From: an uncultured Solirubrobacteraceae bacterium
Lineage (GTDB): Bacteria > Actinomycetota > Thermoleophilia > Solirubrobacterales > Solirubrobacteraceae
Assembly (NCBI GenBank): GCA_964588985.1
Contig: CAZPQW010000017.1
Location: 1 to 64,000 of the forward strand
Length of the DNA: 64,000 nt
Reading direction: 5' to 3'
This document shows positions 1 through 10,710 of this stretch, in pieces (positions within the stretch are counted from its first letter, which is position 1; the number at the start of each line of letters is the position of its first letter). Under the pieces are notes generated by a model. The model did no database searches. It was not told where the DNA came from and worked only from the letters and a program-made list of their open reading frames with translations. The translations under genes were made by a program, and so were the position numbers.

Positions 1-470
1 CGATCATCAACTACGCGAAGAAAGAGTACAAGCTGCTGATCGGCCAGCAGACGGCGGAGGAGCTGAAGCTGGAGATCGGCTCGGCGTGTCCGATGGCGGA
101 GGAGCTGCAGGCGGAGATCCGCGGTCGCGACATGGTCGCGGGGCTGCCGAAGACGGTGGTGCTGACGAGCGAGGAGATCCGCCAGGCGCTGGAGGAGCCG
201 CTCAGCCAGATCATCGACGCGGTCAAGGAGACCCTCGACCGCACCCCGCCGGAGCTGGCCTCGGACATCATGGACCGGGGGATCATGCTGGCGGGCGGCG
301 GCTCGCTGCTGCAGGGCCTGGACGAGCGCCTGCGCGAGGAGACGCAGATGCCGGCGCACCTGGCGGAGTCTCCGCTGACGTGCGTGGCGGTCGGCTCGGG
401 ACGCTCGCTGGAGGAGTTCGAGGCGATCCATCGCTCGAATCGGACAAGCCGCAATCGGCGTCGCCGGTAA
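1..470 (+). CDS. mreB: Rod shape-determining protein MreB (3' part; start lies outside window)
   Basis: EIRGRDMVAGLPKT, TPPELASDIMDRGIMLAGGGSLL and AESPLTCVAVGSG motifs; upstream of mreC. Confidence 0.95.
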   Translation, partial: IINYAKKEYKLLIGQQTAEELKLEIGSACPMAEELQAEIRGRDMVAGLPKTVVLTSEEIRQALEEPLSQIIDAVKETLDRTPPELASDIMDRGIMLAGGGSLLQGLDERLREETQMPAHLAESPLTCVAVGSGRSLEEFEAIHRSNRTSRNRRRR

Positions 471-535
471 CGCTGAGACAGCTCGTCCCCCGCGTGGGTA
501 GTCTGTCCTGCGAACGCTTCGGAAGGTAGTTATCG

Positions 536-1489
536 GTGGATGACAAGACGGTCCGGCGTCGACGAGCTGTCCTTGGGCTGCTCGTGGTGCTCTCCCTGCT
601 GCTGCTGACGGCTTACTTCGGTGAGTCGCCCAACGGGCGCCTGCACGCGGTCCAGCGCGGCTTCCTGACGGTGGTCTCGCCGCTCCAGGACGGCGCGAAC
701 AAGGCGCTGAAGCCGGTGCGAAACCTGTTCGGCTGGTTCGGCGACACGCTGCACGCGAAAAGCCAGCGCGACTCGCTGCGCAAGAAATACGACGCGCTGG
801 TTCGCCGGACGGTGGCAGACGAAGCCGAAAAACGCTCCTATCGGCAGCTGATCGCGATGTTCCACCTCGACCAGCTGGGCATCGACAGCTATCACCCGAT
901 AACGGCCACGGTGATCGGGAAAACGCCGAACTTCTGGTACTCGACGGTGAACATCGACAAGGGGGCGGCGGACGGCGTGCGCGTCAACGACCCGGTCGTC
1001 AACGGCGAAGGTCTGGTGGGGCGCGTCTCGAGCGTGGTCTCAGACGGCGCGCAGGTGGACCTGATCACCGACAGCTCGATGGGCATCTCGGCGAGGATCG
1101 GGACGAGCGTCCCGACGGGCCTCGTGCAACCGAAGGTGGGGGACCCGAACGACCTGCTGCTGCAGTACCTGCCCGCGACGCTGCAGGTCACGAAGGGCGA
1201 ATTCGTGGTGACCTCGGGGACGGTCGCCAACGCGCCCGACGAATCGCTCTACCCGCCGGGGATCCTGATCGGGCAGGTCACGTCGGTGAACGAAGAAAGC
1301 GCGTACAAGTCGGTCAACGTGAGTCCGAGCGTGAACATGCACAACCTCGACGCGGTGCAGGTGCTGACGAGCGGGGCGGGCACGAGGGCGTCGAACCTCA
1401 GCCGCGTCTCCTCGAGCCTGCCGTCGGGTCAGGGCGCGGCGGGCTCATCGGCCGTGGAACAGCTCGCCTCGGCCGGGGGAGAAGGATGA
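536..1489 (+). CDS. mreC: Rod shape-determining protein MreC
   Basis: N-terminal TM helix, IDKGAADGV..NDPVV..GLVGRV, VVTSG...YPPGILIG; operon position. Confidence 0.93.
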   Translation: MDDKTVRRRRAVLGLLVVLSLLLLTAYFGESPNGRLHAVQRGFLTVVSPLQDGANKALKPVRNLFGWFGDTLHAKSQRDSLRKKYDALVRRTVADEAEKRSYRQLIAMFHLDQLGIDSYHPITATVIGKTPNFWYSTVNIDKGAADGVRVNDPVVNGEGLVGRVSSVVSDGAQVDLITDSSMGISARIGTSVPTGLVQPKVGDPNDLLLQYLPATLQVTKGEFVVTSGTVANAPDESLYPPGILIGQVTSVNEESAYKSVNVSPSVNMHNLDAVQVLTSGAGTRASNLSRVSSSLPSGQGAAGSSAVEQLASAGGEG

Positions 1490-2061
1490 GCGGCGCAGTG
1501 CCGGCGCCGCTCGCGCTGCGGGTGAGCGCGCTCGCGTTCGTGGTGGTGTTCTTCCAGATCGGCGTCGTCTCGGAGGTGCCGGTGTTCGGCGTGAACGCGG
1601 ACCTGTCGATCCTGCTGGTGGGGTTCGTGGGGCTGATGTGCGGATCGACGCTCGGCGCGGCGACGGGCTTCGCGGTGGGGATGCTCGTGGACCTGGCTCT
1701 GCTGCAGACGCTCGGGCTGACCTCGCTGATCTTCACCCTCGTCGGCTACTGGTGTGGACGGCTGCGCGAACTGCGCGATCCGCAGGCGGCGCTCACCCCG
1801 CTGCTCGTCGGCGCGGGCGTCTCGGCGGTGTCGTTGATCGGCTACTCGACGATGGAGTTCATGCTCGGCGTGGACGCGCCGATCAGCTTCGTGCTGCTGC
1901 GCCAGATCGTGCTCGGGATCCTCGTCAACGCGATCGTGGCGGCGCCGATGTGGGTGCTGGTGCGGCGGGTGCTGATCGGCGCGCTGCCAGAGGACCCCCG
2001 ACGCCGACGGCGCAGGCGCGCGTACACGACCGGTGGTTTGAGCCCGCTCTCCAAAGCATGA
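1486..2061 (+). CDS. mreD: Rod shape-determining protein MreD
   Basis: Multi-TM protein with GFAVGMLVD; ATGA overlap with mreC. Confidence 0.9.
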   Translation: MSGAVPAPLALRVSALAFVVVFFQIGVVSEVPVFGVNADLSILLVGFVGLMCGSTLGAATGFAVGMLVDLALLQTLGLTSLIFTLVGYWCGRLRELRDPQAALTPLLVGAGVSAVSLIGYSTMEFMLGVDAPISFVLLRQIVLGILVNAIVAAPMWVLVRRVLIGALPEDPRRRRRRRAYTTGGLSPLSKA

Positions 2062-4244
2062 GCGCGATCGAACCGGCGCGGCGCCGTGACCCGCACGTCC
2101 CCGTCTCGCCGCAGCTGGCGCTGCGCGTGGCGATCATCGGCGGCGTGGCGATGGTGTTGTTCGGCGTGATCTTCTTCCGCCTGTGGTACCTGCAGGTGCT
2201 CTCCGGCGAACAGTACGTCCAGCAGGCGGACGCCAACCGCGTGCGCGACCTGCCGATCGCGGCGCCGCGCGGGGAAATCCTCGACCGCGAAGGCCACCCG
2301 ATCGTGAACAGCAAGACCACCAACGCGGTGCAGATCGTGCCGGATCAGATGCCGGCGGCGGTGAAGGAACAGGTCGCCGCGTATGAGAAGACGCTGTTCG
2401 CGACCGAAGCGAGCTACCGCCCCGCGATCGAACGTCTGGTGCGCTTCGAACGGGTGCTCGCGAGCCAGCATCTCAAAGCCACGAAGGCGCAGAAGCGAGA
2501 AGGGCATCGCCTGCTTCGCGCGGCGCGCGTACCGAAGGTGCCGATTCCGCAACTGCCGGCGTCCGCCGGCCACGCGCGCGGCCTGTTCGTACGTCTCGGT
2601 CAGGTGATCGGCCTCGACTGGCGCACGATCGACGAACGGGTCGTGCAGGGAGTCACGGCGACGCCCTACGCGAACGTCACGATCAAGACCGACGCGGGGG
2701 TGGGGCCCCTGACGGCGCTCGGCGAGCGTCAGAGCGAGTTCCCGGGTGTGATCCAGCGGCCCGTCTCGATCCGCTCCTACCCGTATGGGGAAATGGCGGC
2801 GCAGGTGCTCGGCCACGTGGGGCAGGTCTCGCCGGAAGAGCTGAAGCTGAAAGGGTTCCGGGGGGTGCTGCAGGGCACGGTGGTGGGCCAGGAAGGGCTC
2901 GAGTTCTACTACGACCACTACCTGCGCGGCAAGACCGGCGTGGAACGCGTGCAGGTCAACGCCGAAGGCCATCCCGTCCCGAGCAACCTCGCCCCCTCGC
3001 CGCCGCTGGCGGGCCACAGCCTGAAGCTGACGATCGACCTGGGACTCCAGCGGGAGAGCGAAAAAGCGCTGCTGGAAGGGATCGGCCACGCGCGTGCGCT
3101 CGGCAGGCGGGCGCCGGCGGGCGGCTTCGTGGCGCTGGACCCGCGCAACGGGCAGGTGCTCGCGATCGGCTCCTACCCGAGCTTCAACCCGAACCTGTTC
3201 GCGAAACCCCTGACGCCGGGCGAATTCGCGAGGTTGCAGGGCACCGGCTCGGCCGGCGGGCCGCTCACCGATCGCGCCGTCAACGGCGCCTATCCGACCG
3301 GCTCGACGTTCAAGCCGATCACCGCCCTGGCGGCCCTCGAATCCGGGGTGATCACCCCGTCGGAGGCGCTCGGGGCCGGTAAATGCATCGTCGTGTCGAG
3401 CGAGAAGTTCTGCAACGCGGGGCAGGCCGAATACGGCGCGGTGGGGCTGGTGCAGGCGCTGAAGGTCTCCTCGGACACGTACTTCTTCGAAGTCGGCAAG
3501 CTCGCCAACCCGCATGGCCCGATCATCCAGGACATGGCCCACAGGCTGGGAATCGGCCAGCCGACCGGCATCGACCTGCCGAGCGAGCTCGAAGGCACCG
3601 TCCCGGACACGAAGTGGCGCAAGCGCGAGAACGAAGCCGAGGAAGCCTGCGAGCGTCGCACGCATCTGCCGTCGTGCGGAATCGTCAGCGAAGTGCGCCC
3701 GTGGACGGTCGGCGACGACATGCACCTCGCGGTCGGGCAGGGCGATCTGCTGACCGACCCGCTGCAGATGGCGGTCGCCTACTCGACGCTCGCGAACGCG
3801 TTCGAGAACGGCGGCGAAGGAACCGTGGTGACGCCGCACCTGGGGATGGAGGTCGACGAATCCGGGGGCGGCCTGGTGCAGAGCCTGAGCTTCCCGGCGA
3901 AACGTCACGTCCGCCTCGACTACGGCGACCTCAGCCTCGTGATGGAAGGGCTGCACGAGGCCGCCAGCCAGCAGGGCGGCACCTCGGCGGAAGTGTGGGC
4001 CGGCTGGGACCAGTCCCAGCACCCGGTGTACGGGAAGACGGGGACCGCGCAGCACGAACCGCTCGAAGACCAGTCGTGGTACATGGCCTACGTCGGCGAC
4101 GCCAAGCGTCCGATCGTGATCGCGGTGACCGTCGAGCAGGGCGGCTTCGGCGCGGAAACGGCCGCGCCGGTCGCGCGTCTGATGGCGTCGAAGTGGTTCG
4201 GCAAGCCGGAGAAGTTCGTGGCGGGGAGCTCGAAGACGCTGTGA
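2058..4244 (+). CDS. mrdA: Penicillin-binding protein 2
   Basis: RLWYLQV, APRGEILDR, GSTFK (SxxK), SSD (SxN-like), KTGTAQ; start taken at the ATG overlapping the mreD stop. Confidence 0.93.
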   Translation: MSAIEPARRRDPHVPVSPQLALRVAIIGGVAMVLFGVIFFRLWYLQVLSGEQYVQQADANRVRDLPIAAPRGEILDREGHPIVNSKTTNAVQIVPDQMPAAVKEQVAAYEKTLFATEASYRPAIERLVRFERVLASQHLKATKAQKREGHRLLRAARVPKVPIPQLPASAGHARGLFVRLGQVIGLDWRTIDERVVQGVTATPYANVTIKTDAGVGPLTALGERQSEFPGVIQRPVSIRSYPYGEMAAQVLGHVGQVSPEELKLKGFRGVLQGTVVGQEGLEFYYDHYLRGKTGVERVQVNAEGHPVPSNLAPSPPLAGHSLKLTIDLGLQRESEKALLEGIGHARALGRRAPAGGFVALDPRNGQVLAIGSYPSFNPNLFAKPLTPGEFARLQGTGSAGGPLTDRAVNGAYPTGSTFKPITALAALESGVITPSEALGAGKCIVVSSEKFCNAGQAEYGAVGLVQALKVSSDTYFFEVGKLANPHGPIIQDMAHRLGIGQPTGIDLPSELEGTVPDTKWRKRENEAEEACERRTHLPSCGIVSEVRPWTVGDDMHLAVGQGDLLTDPLQMAVAYSTLANAFENGGEGTVVTPHLGMEVDESGGGLVQSLSFPAKRHVRLDYGDLSLVMEGLHEAASQQGGTSAEVWAGWDQSQHPVYGKTGTAQHEPLEDQSWYMAYVGDAKRPIVIAVTVEQGGFGAETAAPVARLMASKWFGKPEKFVAGSSKTL

Positions 4245-5434
4245 GCCCGCTGAGCCCGATCAAGGCGTCCGACGAGGCGCCGGTCTCGCCGTCGCGCAGC
4301 CTGCGCCTGCCGCTCGACCCGTTGCTGACGCTCGCGGTGATCGGGCTGGCGATCTGCTCGACGGTGACGTTGCGGCAGGCGACCAGGAACCTGGTCCCGG
4401 GCGACCCGCGCTACTACCTCGACAGGCAGGTCGTCTACCTGGTCGTGGGCTTCGTGTTGATGCTGGTGCTCTCGCGTATCGACTACGCGCAGCTGCGCCG
4501 TCTGAAAAACCCGATCTACGGGACGCTGCTGGTGACGATCCTCGCGGTGCTCGCGCTCGGGCACGCTGCCAAAGGCTCGCAGCGGGCGATCAACTTCCCG
4601 CTGTTCTCCTTCCAGGCGTCCGAGCTCGGCAAGGTGCTGCTGATCGTGGCGCTGGCGGCGCTGCTGGTCGAGCGCGCGCGCCAGCTGGGCGATCGCGACA
4701 CGACGGTGCGGCTGATGATCGCCGCGCTGATCCCCGCGATGCTCGTGATCGCCCAGCCGGACCTCGGCTCGGGGATGGTCTACATGACGATCGCCTACAT
4801 GCTGCTGTTCATCGCCGGCACGTCGTGGCGCCAGCTGGCGGCGCTGGCGGCGCTGGTGTGCGTGGCGGCGTCGTTCGTGCTCGTGGCGGCCCCCGCGGCG
4901 GGGGTCCACGTGCTCAAGTCCTACGAGGTGAACCGGCTGACGGCGTTCCTGCACCCGTCCTCGAACCCGCAGACAGAAGGCTACCAACAGCAGGAGTCGA
5001 AGATCGCGATCGGCTCCGGGCAGAAGACCGGCCGCGGGGCTAAGTCGACGCAGGTGCCGCTCAAATTCCTGCCCGAGAGCCACACCGACTTCGTGTTCGC
5101 GGCGGTCGCCGAACGCTACGGCTTCGTGGGCGCCGGACTGGTGCTGTTGCTGTATGCGCTGCTGATCTCGCGCACGCTTCGAGTGCTCGTGATGGCGAAG
5201 GACCTATTTGGATCACTCATCGCTGCCGGCGTAGCGGCTATGCTCATGTTCCAGGTTTTCGTCAACGTAGGGATGACAATTGGGATCATGCCCATCACCG
5301 GTGTCACGCTTCCGCTCATGAGCTATGGCGGCTCGTCGGTGATAACAACCCTGTTGGCGGTAGGCCTGTTGCAATCGATCTACGTGCAGGCGCGCGCCTC
5401 GCAGGCCCTCAAGGGCCGTGTACCGCGCTTCTAG
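4241..5434 (+). CDS. rodA: SEDS peptidoglycan polymerase RodA
   Basis: FQASELGK, QPDLGS, FLPESHTDFVF, PITGVTLPLMSYGGSS; GTGA overlap with mrdA. Confidence 0.93.
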   Translation: MSPLSPIKASDEAPVSPSRSLRLPLDPLLTLAVIGLAICSTVTLRQATRNLVPGDPRYYLDRQVVYLVVGFVLMLVLSRIDYAQLRRLKNPIYGTLLVTILAVLALGHAAKGSQRAINFPLFSFQASELGKVLLIVALAALLVERARQLGDRDTTVRLMIAALIPAMLVIAQPDLGSGMVYMTIAYMLLFIAGTSWRQLAALAALVCVAASFVLVAAPAAGVHVLKSYEVNRLTAFLHPSSNPQTEGYQQQESKIAIGSGQKTGRGAKSTQVPLKFLPESHTDFVFAAVAERYGFVGAGLVLLLYALLISRTLRVLVMAKDLFGSLIAAGVAAMLMFQVFVNVGMTIGIMPITGVTLPLMSYGGSSVITTLLAVGLLQSIYVQARASQALKGRVPRF

Positions 5435-5464
5435 AACTTATGACTCTAAGACTGGACCCAAAAA

Positions 5465-7609
5465 TTGAAAAAGCAAGTGCTTGTCAGCGTCGACCGCGCG
5501 GAGACGCGCGTGGCGCTACTGGAGGCCAGCGGAACGCCCGCCGCCTCGCGATCTTCAGCCAGCCGCGGGCGCAAGCGCGGCAGCGGAGCGCCGGAGGCCG
5601 GATACCGCGTAGCTGAGCTCTACATCGAGCGCCGCGGCGGCCGCTCGATCGTCGGCAACATCTACAAGGGCAAGGTCGACAACGTGCTGGCCGGCCTCGA
5701 GGCCGCCTTCGTCGACATCGGCCTGGAGAAGAACGGCTTCCTGCACGTCGACGAGATCGTGCTGCCGGGCGTGGAGACGCCCAAGCGCGGCCGCGGGGGA
5801 GGGGGCGGACGCAAGATCTCAGACCTGCTGAGCCCCGGTCAGGAGATCACGGTGCAGGTCGTGAAGGACCCGCTGAAGACGAAGGGCGCGCGCCTGTCGA
5901 TGGAGCTGACGATCGCGGGGCGCTACATGGTCTACGCCCCCACGGGCGAGGGCGTGGGCGTGTCGCGCAGGCTGGAGGACAAGGAGCGCGACCGCCTGCG
6001 CCGCCAGACCGCGAACCTGGCGATCGGCGAGGGCGGGGTGATCGTGCGCACGGCCGCACACGGCGCCAAGCGCGAGGACTTCGAACGCGAGCTGAAGTAC
6101 CTGCACAAGCTCCACGAGGTGCTCGTCAAACGCGTCGAGGACACCGTCGCCCCGGATCTCGTCTTCCAGGAGGCCGACCTGTCGGTGCGCGTGGTGCGCG
6201 ACATCTTCTCGGCGCACTTCGAGCGCGCGATCGTCGACGACGAGCAGCAGTACCACCGGCTGGTGTCGTTCTTCACGCGCACCGCCCCCGAGCTGGTCGA
6301 GCGCGTCGAGCTGTGGGAGCAGAAGGACCCGCTGTTCGAGGCCTACGGCGTGGACAAGGCGATCGACGGCGTGCTCTCCCGGCGAGTGGACCTGCCGAGC
6401 GGCGGCTACCTGATCATCGACTACGCCGAGGCGCTGACGGTGATCGACGTGAACTCCGGGAGCTTCATCGGCCGCGGCAAGGGCGCGGGCCTGGAGGACA
6501 CGATCACGAAGACCAACCTGGAGGCGGCCGAGGAGGTCGTCAACCAGCTGCGTCTGCGCGACATCGGCGGCATCATCGTGATCGACTTCATCGACATGGC
6601 CCGCGCGCGCAACCGCGACGCGGTGATGAAGACGCTGCGCAAGACGCTCGACGAGGACCGCACGAAGACGTTCACCGCCGAGATCTCGAAGCTCGGCCTG
6701 GTCGAGATGACCCGCCAGAACGTGACCGAGGGCGTGCGCGAGATCATGAGCCGCCCGTGCACGACGTGCGAGGGCGAGGGCGTTATCCGCTCGGAGGAAA
6801 CGATCGCGATCGAGTTCGAGCGCCGTCTGCGCGACGTTGCGCTCGAGCACCCCGACGCGGAGGCGTTCCTGGTGCAGATCAACCCGCGCGTGAGCGTCCA
6901 GTTCACGGGGCACAACTCGCGTGTGCTGCACGCGCTGGAGGCGCAGACGGGCAAGTCGTTCCTGTTCGAGGGCTCCGAAGGGCTCGCGCTGGACCACTTC
7001 GCGATCACGTTCGAGGGCACCCGCGAGGAGGTCGAGGAGCGCGCGCTGCCGTTCCGCCAGGGCGACGAGGTGCTGGTGGAGATCGTGGAGCCGCACATGT
7101 ACGACGTCGACGACGCGGTAGCGAAAATCGACGGCTACATCATCTCGATCGCCGGCGCGGCTCCCTGCGTGGGCGAAAACCGCATGGTGCGCATCGACCA
7201 GGTCGGACGCACGGCCGCGACCGCGCTGCTGCTGGACGAGTTCGGCGAGGTCGTGAGCCCGCCCCCGCGGGCCACTCCGGCGGCGCCCCGAAGCACTCGC
7301 GCCAAACGCGCGCCAGCCGTGCCCCGCAAGGACGAGACGGCCGAGAAGCCGACCGCGTCGCGCAGCAGTCGACGCCGCGCGCCGGTCGAAGGCGAAGACG
7401 TCGAGGCGCGCCGCGAAGCGGGCCTCAGCGAGTCGCCGACCGCGATCGACTCCGAGCCGGAGGAGGACGCAGTGGCGGTCGCGCCGGAGGCTCCCGAGGC
7501 CTCGTCGGACGAGACCGCCGAGGATGGCCTACAATCCAAGCCTCGGCGTCGTGGCCGCAGGGGCGGACGGCGCCGTTCGGCTGCCAAGGCCGAGGCGTCC
7601 CCCGAGTAG
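5465..7609 (+). CDS. rne: Rne/Rng family ribonuclease with C-terminal TRAM-like domain and disordered Arg-rich tail
   Basis: GNIYKGKV, AAFVDIG, VIDVNSG, LRLRDIGGIIVIDFIDM, CxxC zinc link. Confidence 0.9.
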   Translation: MKKQVLVSVDRAETRVALLEASGTPAASRSSASRGRKRGSGAPEAGYRVAELYIERRGGRSIVGNIYKGKVDNVLAGLEAAFVDIGLEKNGFLHVDEIVLPGVETPKRGRGGGGGRKISDLLSPGQEITVQVVKDPLKTKGARLSMELTIAGRYMVYAPTGEGVGVSRRLEDKERDRLRRQTANLAIGEGGVIVRTAAHGAKREDFERELKYLHKLHEVLVKRVEDTVAPDLVFQEADLSVRVVRDIFSAHFERAIVDDEQQYHRLVSFFTRTAPELVERVELWEQKDPLFEAYGVDKAIDGVLSRRVDLPSGGYLIIDYAEALTVIDVNSGSFIGRGKGAGLEDTITKTNLEAAEEVVNQLRLRDIGGIIVIDFIDMARARNRDAVMKTLRKTLDEDRTKTFTAEISKLGLVEMTRQNVTEGVREIMSRPCTTCEGEGVIRSEETIAIEFERRLRDVALEHPDAEAFLVQINPRVSVQFTGHNSRVLHALEAQTGKSFLFEGSEGLALDHFAITFEGTREEVEERALPFRQGDEVLVEIVEPHMYDVDDAVAKIDGYIISIAGAAPCVGENRMVRIDQVGRTAATALLLDEFGEVVSPPPRATPAAPRSTRAKRAPAVPRKDETAEKPTASRSSRRRAPVEGEDVEARREAGLSESPTAIDSEPEEDAVAVAPEAPEASSDETAEDGLQSKPRRRGRRGGRRRSAAKAEASPE

Positions 7610-7653
7610 CCACTCGGCGCCTTCCCAAGCTAGAGAATCGAGAAACAGAGCAC

Positions 7654-8058
7654 ATGTACGCGATCGTGAAGACCGGCGGCAAGCAGTACCGCGTCGAGCG
7701 GGGCCAGACGCTGCTCGTCGAGCGCCTCGCCGTTGACGAGGGCGCGGACGTGGCGCTCGAGCCGATCATGTATCGCTCCGAGGACGCCGTGTTCGACACG
7801 GCCGGCCTGAAAGACGTGAAGGTCACGGCGAAGGTGGTGGCGCACGTTCGCGGCGAGAAGCTGCGCGTGTTCAAGTTCAAGCCGAAGCGCGGCTACAAAC
7901 GCCGCACCGGCCACCGCCAGGATCTGACGAAGATCGAGGTGACCGAGATCACCGCGGGCAAAGCCAAAGCGGCCGCCAAACCAGCCGCGGCCAAACCCGC
8001 GAGCGCCAAACCGGCTGCTACCAAAGCGAGCGAGGAGACAACCTCAGATGGCTCATAA
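7654..8058 (+). CDS. rplU: 50S ribosomal protein L21 with Ala/Lys/Pro-rich tail
   Basis: [14 protein letters not shown]...GHRQDLT. Confidence 0.97.
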   Translation: MYAIVKTGGKQYRVERGQTLLVERLAVDEGADVALEPIMYRSEDAVFDTAGLKDVKVTAKVVAHVRGEKLRVFKFKPKRGYKRRTGHRQDLTKIEVTEITAGKAKAAAKPAAAKPASAKPAATKASEETTSDGS

Positions 8059-8308
8059 GAAGGGGCTCGGCTCGAGCCGCAACGGTCGCGACTCAAACGC
8101 GCAGCGTCTGGGCGTGAAGACCTTCGCCGGCGAGGCTGTGACCGGCGGCGAGATCATCGTGCGCCAGCGCGGAACCAAATTCAAGCCCGGCGCCGGCGTG
8201 GGCATCGGCAAAGACGACACGCTGTACGCGCGCGCCGCGGGCACCGTGCAGTTCGCAAACGGCCGCCGCGGGCGCGTCGTGAGCATCCTGCCGGCCGAGA
8301 CGGCCTAG
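8048..8308 (+). CDS. rpmA: 50S ribosomal protein L27
   Basis: [24 protein letters not shown]. Confidence 0.98.
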   Translation: MAHKKGLGSSRNGRDSNAQRLGVKTFAGEAVTGGEIIVRQRGTKFKPGAGVGIGKDDTLYARAAGTVQFANGRRGRVVSILPAETA

Positions 8309-8333
8309 AGCGCCGACGGCGCGGGCGGCACGG

Positions 8334-8720
8334 ATGGCGCTCGTGAGCCCGCGGCGAGCGATGTGGCTGAGCGCCGCCGGTCGCGTCGCGCTGGGCTCGG
8401 CCATTCTGGTCGCGCCCGAGAGGATCGTCGGCCACTGGCTGGGCGAGGAGAATGCGGCGTTGCCTGCTGTGCAGGATCTCGCACGAGGCCTCGCCGCCCG
8501 CGACGTAGCGCTCGGCTTCGCGACGCTGCAGACGCTCGACGACGCTGTGGTCGGGCCGCGTGTGCAGGCCGCGGTCGCTATGGCCGACGCGGTGGACACG
8601 GTCGCGACGATCCTCGCTCGCAAGCACCTGCCGCGCGCGGGAGTGATCGCGACGGTCGCGATCGCGGGCGGAACCGCGGTGGCCGGCTTCTACTGCTCGC
8701 ACAAGCTCGCGCACGCGTAG
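8334..8720 (+). CDS. Small membrane protein (DUF4267-like)
   Basis: Hydrophobic, GRVALG...AARDVALG...DAVD pattern. Confidence 0.6.
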   Translation: MALVSPRRAMWLSAAGRVALGSAILVAPERIVGHWLGEENAALPAVQDLARGLAARDVALGFATLQTLDDAVVGPRVQAAVAMADAVDTVATILARKHLPRAGVIATVAIAGGTAVAGFYCSHKLAHA

Positions 8721-8886
8721 CACTATCGGTGCGGTGGCAGTGTATGGCCGCATAGTCCGGCGAGCGGCAGCGGGTGCGACCGGAGGTCGAACCAGCGATT
8801 GTCACCCCGGCAATTGAGATCCGGCTATAGACGCCAGCCAGCCGCGGACGGGACGTGTCCGCGTAACTCTCCGATTGAAAGTGGCG

Positions 8887-9936
8887 TCAGCCAGCCCGCG
8901 CGAACCCGTGGCTGCCGACCCAGCCCCCTTCGCGGAGCCGCTCGACGGCTATGGCGATCTGTTCGGGAGCAAACTGGGCCTTGCCCGGATTCCAGGCATA
9001 GAAGGCGTCGGTGATCGCCTGGTCTGTGTGTGCGCTCTCGTTGACAGCCACCCAGTGGGCGGTCGCCAGCAGCTCCAGTCCGAATGGCGTCTCGAAGCCC
9101 TCGACCAGCTCACCAACTCGATCGAACCGCTTGCGGGTCTCCGGGTGAGCAGCCAGGAATGAGTCGGCCTTCTCGATCGCACCAGGCATCAGCGTCACCT
9201 GCTCGGTCGGCGCGTCTCCGCCCCCGGTGTACCCCTCGATTAGGTGTCCGTTGACGTCGTGGAGAACGTGTCGGAGGTTCTCGGCATAGGGACCGTAGGG
9301 CGCCTTGACATATCGCAGTTTCAGGGGCTCGCCGGACTCCTGTAGGAAGTACATGAGCTTGTGCAGCTCAAGCAGGCTGATGGAGGTGTCCATCATGCCT
9401 GTCAAGTAGCGGCGCATAAGACCGACCAATGCGGCGCGCCCGGCGGTCATCTTCGGGGTGGACTTGACCGGCGCGGACTCGGATTGGCCACCCGGCTCGT
9501 AGAGAGTCGCGCGCACGTCGGGCACATCCGCCAATGCGGTCTCGATCACCGGGCGCACGTCGCTCCAGGCGAGCCCACCAAGACCGCTGCCTAGGGGCGG
9601 GATGGCTACCGAACGGATGCCGCGAGCCTTGATCTCATGTACCAGCGCGCTCATCCCAGATTCGATGTCCTCGATGCGGCTCTTGCCGCGCCAATGGCGC
9701 TTGGTCGGGAAATTGATGATCCAACGCGGTGCCGGCTGCCCCGTGTCGTGCACGAACATCCGCCCAGGTTGAACCTCTTCGCGCTTGCAGGCGGCGGCAT
9801 ACGCCTTGAAGTTCGCCGGGTAGGCGTGCTTGAAGTGCAGCGCGATTCCGCGGCCCATCACGCCGACACAGTTGACCGTGTTGACGAGGGCTTCGGCCTC
9901 GGCTTGAAGGATGTTGCCCTGCGTGTACTCGATCAT
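8887..9936 (-). CDS. darG: DarG antitoxin, macrodomain DNA ADP-ribosyl glycohydrolase
   Basis: MIEYTQGNIL..AEALVNTVNCVGVMGRGIA, INFPTKRHW, IPPLGSGLGGL; C-terminal KLMYFLQ/YGPYA. Confidence 0.93.
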   Translation of the reverse strand: MIEYTQGNILQAEAEALVNTVNCVGVMGRGIALHFKHAYPANFKAYAAACKREEVQPGRMFVHDTGQPAPRWIINFPTKRHWRGKSRIEDIESGMSALVHEIKARGIRSVAIPPLGSGLGGLAWSDVRPVIETALADVPDVRATLYEPGGQSESAPVKSTPKMTAGRAALVGLMRRYLTGMMDTSISLLELHKLMYFLQESGEPLKLRYVKAPYGPYAENLRHVLHDVNGHLIEGYTGGGDAPTEQVTLMPGAIEKADSFLAAHPETRKRFDRVGELVEGFETPFGLELLATAHWVAVNESAHTDQAITDAFYAWNPGKAQFAPEQIAIAVERLREGGWVGSHGFARAG

Positions 9937-9943
9937 GGCGGGC

Positions 9944-10591
9944 TCAAAAGTACCATCTGGGCTGGACGTCAACGGGAGGCTGGTGCGCAGCACCGTTGAG
10001 CATGGCGACCACCTCAGATTGGACGTTCGCCGAGCCGACGCCGATGTGCTCGACGAGGTTCCAAGGAACGAATCTCTTGACCAGGAACTCGGCCTGCTTG
10101 CCCTCCTTGATCTTCGCGTCCCGGAAGTCGGTCGCCTTCACAGCGCCCCAGTCGACCTCGCCGAGCTGAGCGAAATCGTTTCTGAACAGCGCGTACGCCG
10201 CGCCTGCGTTCGCGAGACTAAACGCCCACCGAGTGCCGGATCGTGTTGCCCAATCCACGGTGCTCGCGAGGTCGGCCTGGAGGTGGACAATGGGGCCCTG
10301 CCCGCCACGGTAGGTAAGGCCGGGATGATTCGCCTTGTGCAGCAGGTAGAGCATGATCGAACGTGGGCAGAAGTAGAACGGTACGTATTGTCCAACCTTG
10401 TCGCCCTCATGGCACTTCACCGGTAACCGCATACGGTTCTGCTTGATCTCGCTCATGCCGATTGCGAGTTGGGGATCTCCGCGCGCGATCATCTCGGCGT
10501 CAGATAGAAGACCACCGTCGTTCATTATCGACGGCAGGTTCTTGAAGTGCGTAATGTGGTAGATCCGGGTCGGTTGAGGCGGCTCAGTCAT
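9944..10591 (-). CDS. darT: DarT ssDNA ADP-ribosyltransferase toxin (DUF4433)
   Basis: IYHITH..NLPSI, YVPFYF.PRS.MLY, KQAEFLV with the catalytic Glu; GGAG RBS; directly upstream of darG. Confidence 0.93.
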   Translation of the reverse strand: MTEPPQPTRIYHITHFKNLPSIMNDGGLLSDAEMIARGDPQLAIGMSEIKQNRMRLPVKCHEGDKVGQYVPFYFCPRSIMLYLLHKANHPGLTYRGGQGPIVHLQADLASTVDWATRSGTRWAFSLANAGAAYALFRNDFAQLGEVDWGAVKATDFRDAKIKEGKQAEFLVKRFVPWNLVEHIGVGSANVQSEVVAMLNGAAHQPPVDVQPRWYF

Positions 10592-10710
10592 CGTCTCCGT
10601 GTACAACAACGTAGGTGAGCAAGGATGCTGTCGACTGCACCGACGCCCGTCTCGTTGGCCACAGCGCCAGATGCGTCCGCCCAAGCGAGGTCGACGCCAA
10701 GAACTCTCAT
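10588..10710 (-). pseudogene. Truncated DUF429-like (RNase H-fold) gene remnant, 40 codons
   Basis: AGGAGG RBS then MRVLGVDLAWADASGAVANETGVGAVD..., resembling the GxDLAW...N.TG N-terminus of DUF429 proteins; stop overlaps the darT ATG; below the ORF-track size limit. Confidence 0.55.

Noticed and set aside
7960-8030. GCCAAACC-type repeats at the end of rplU
   Set aside because: They encode an ordinary AKPAA low-complexity tail of L21.
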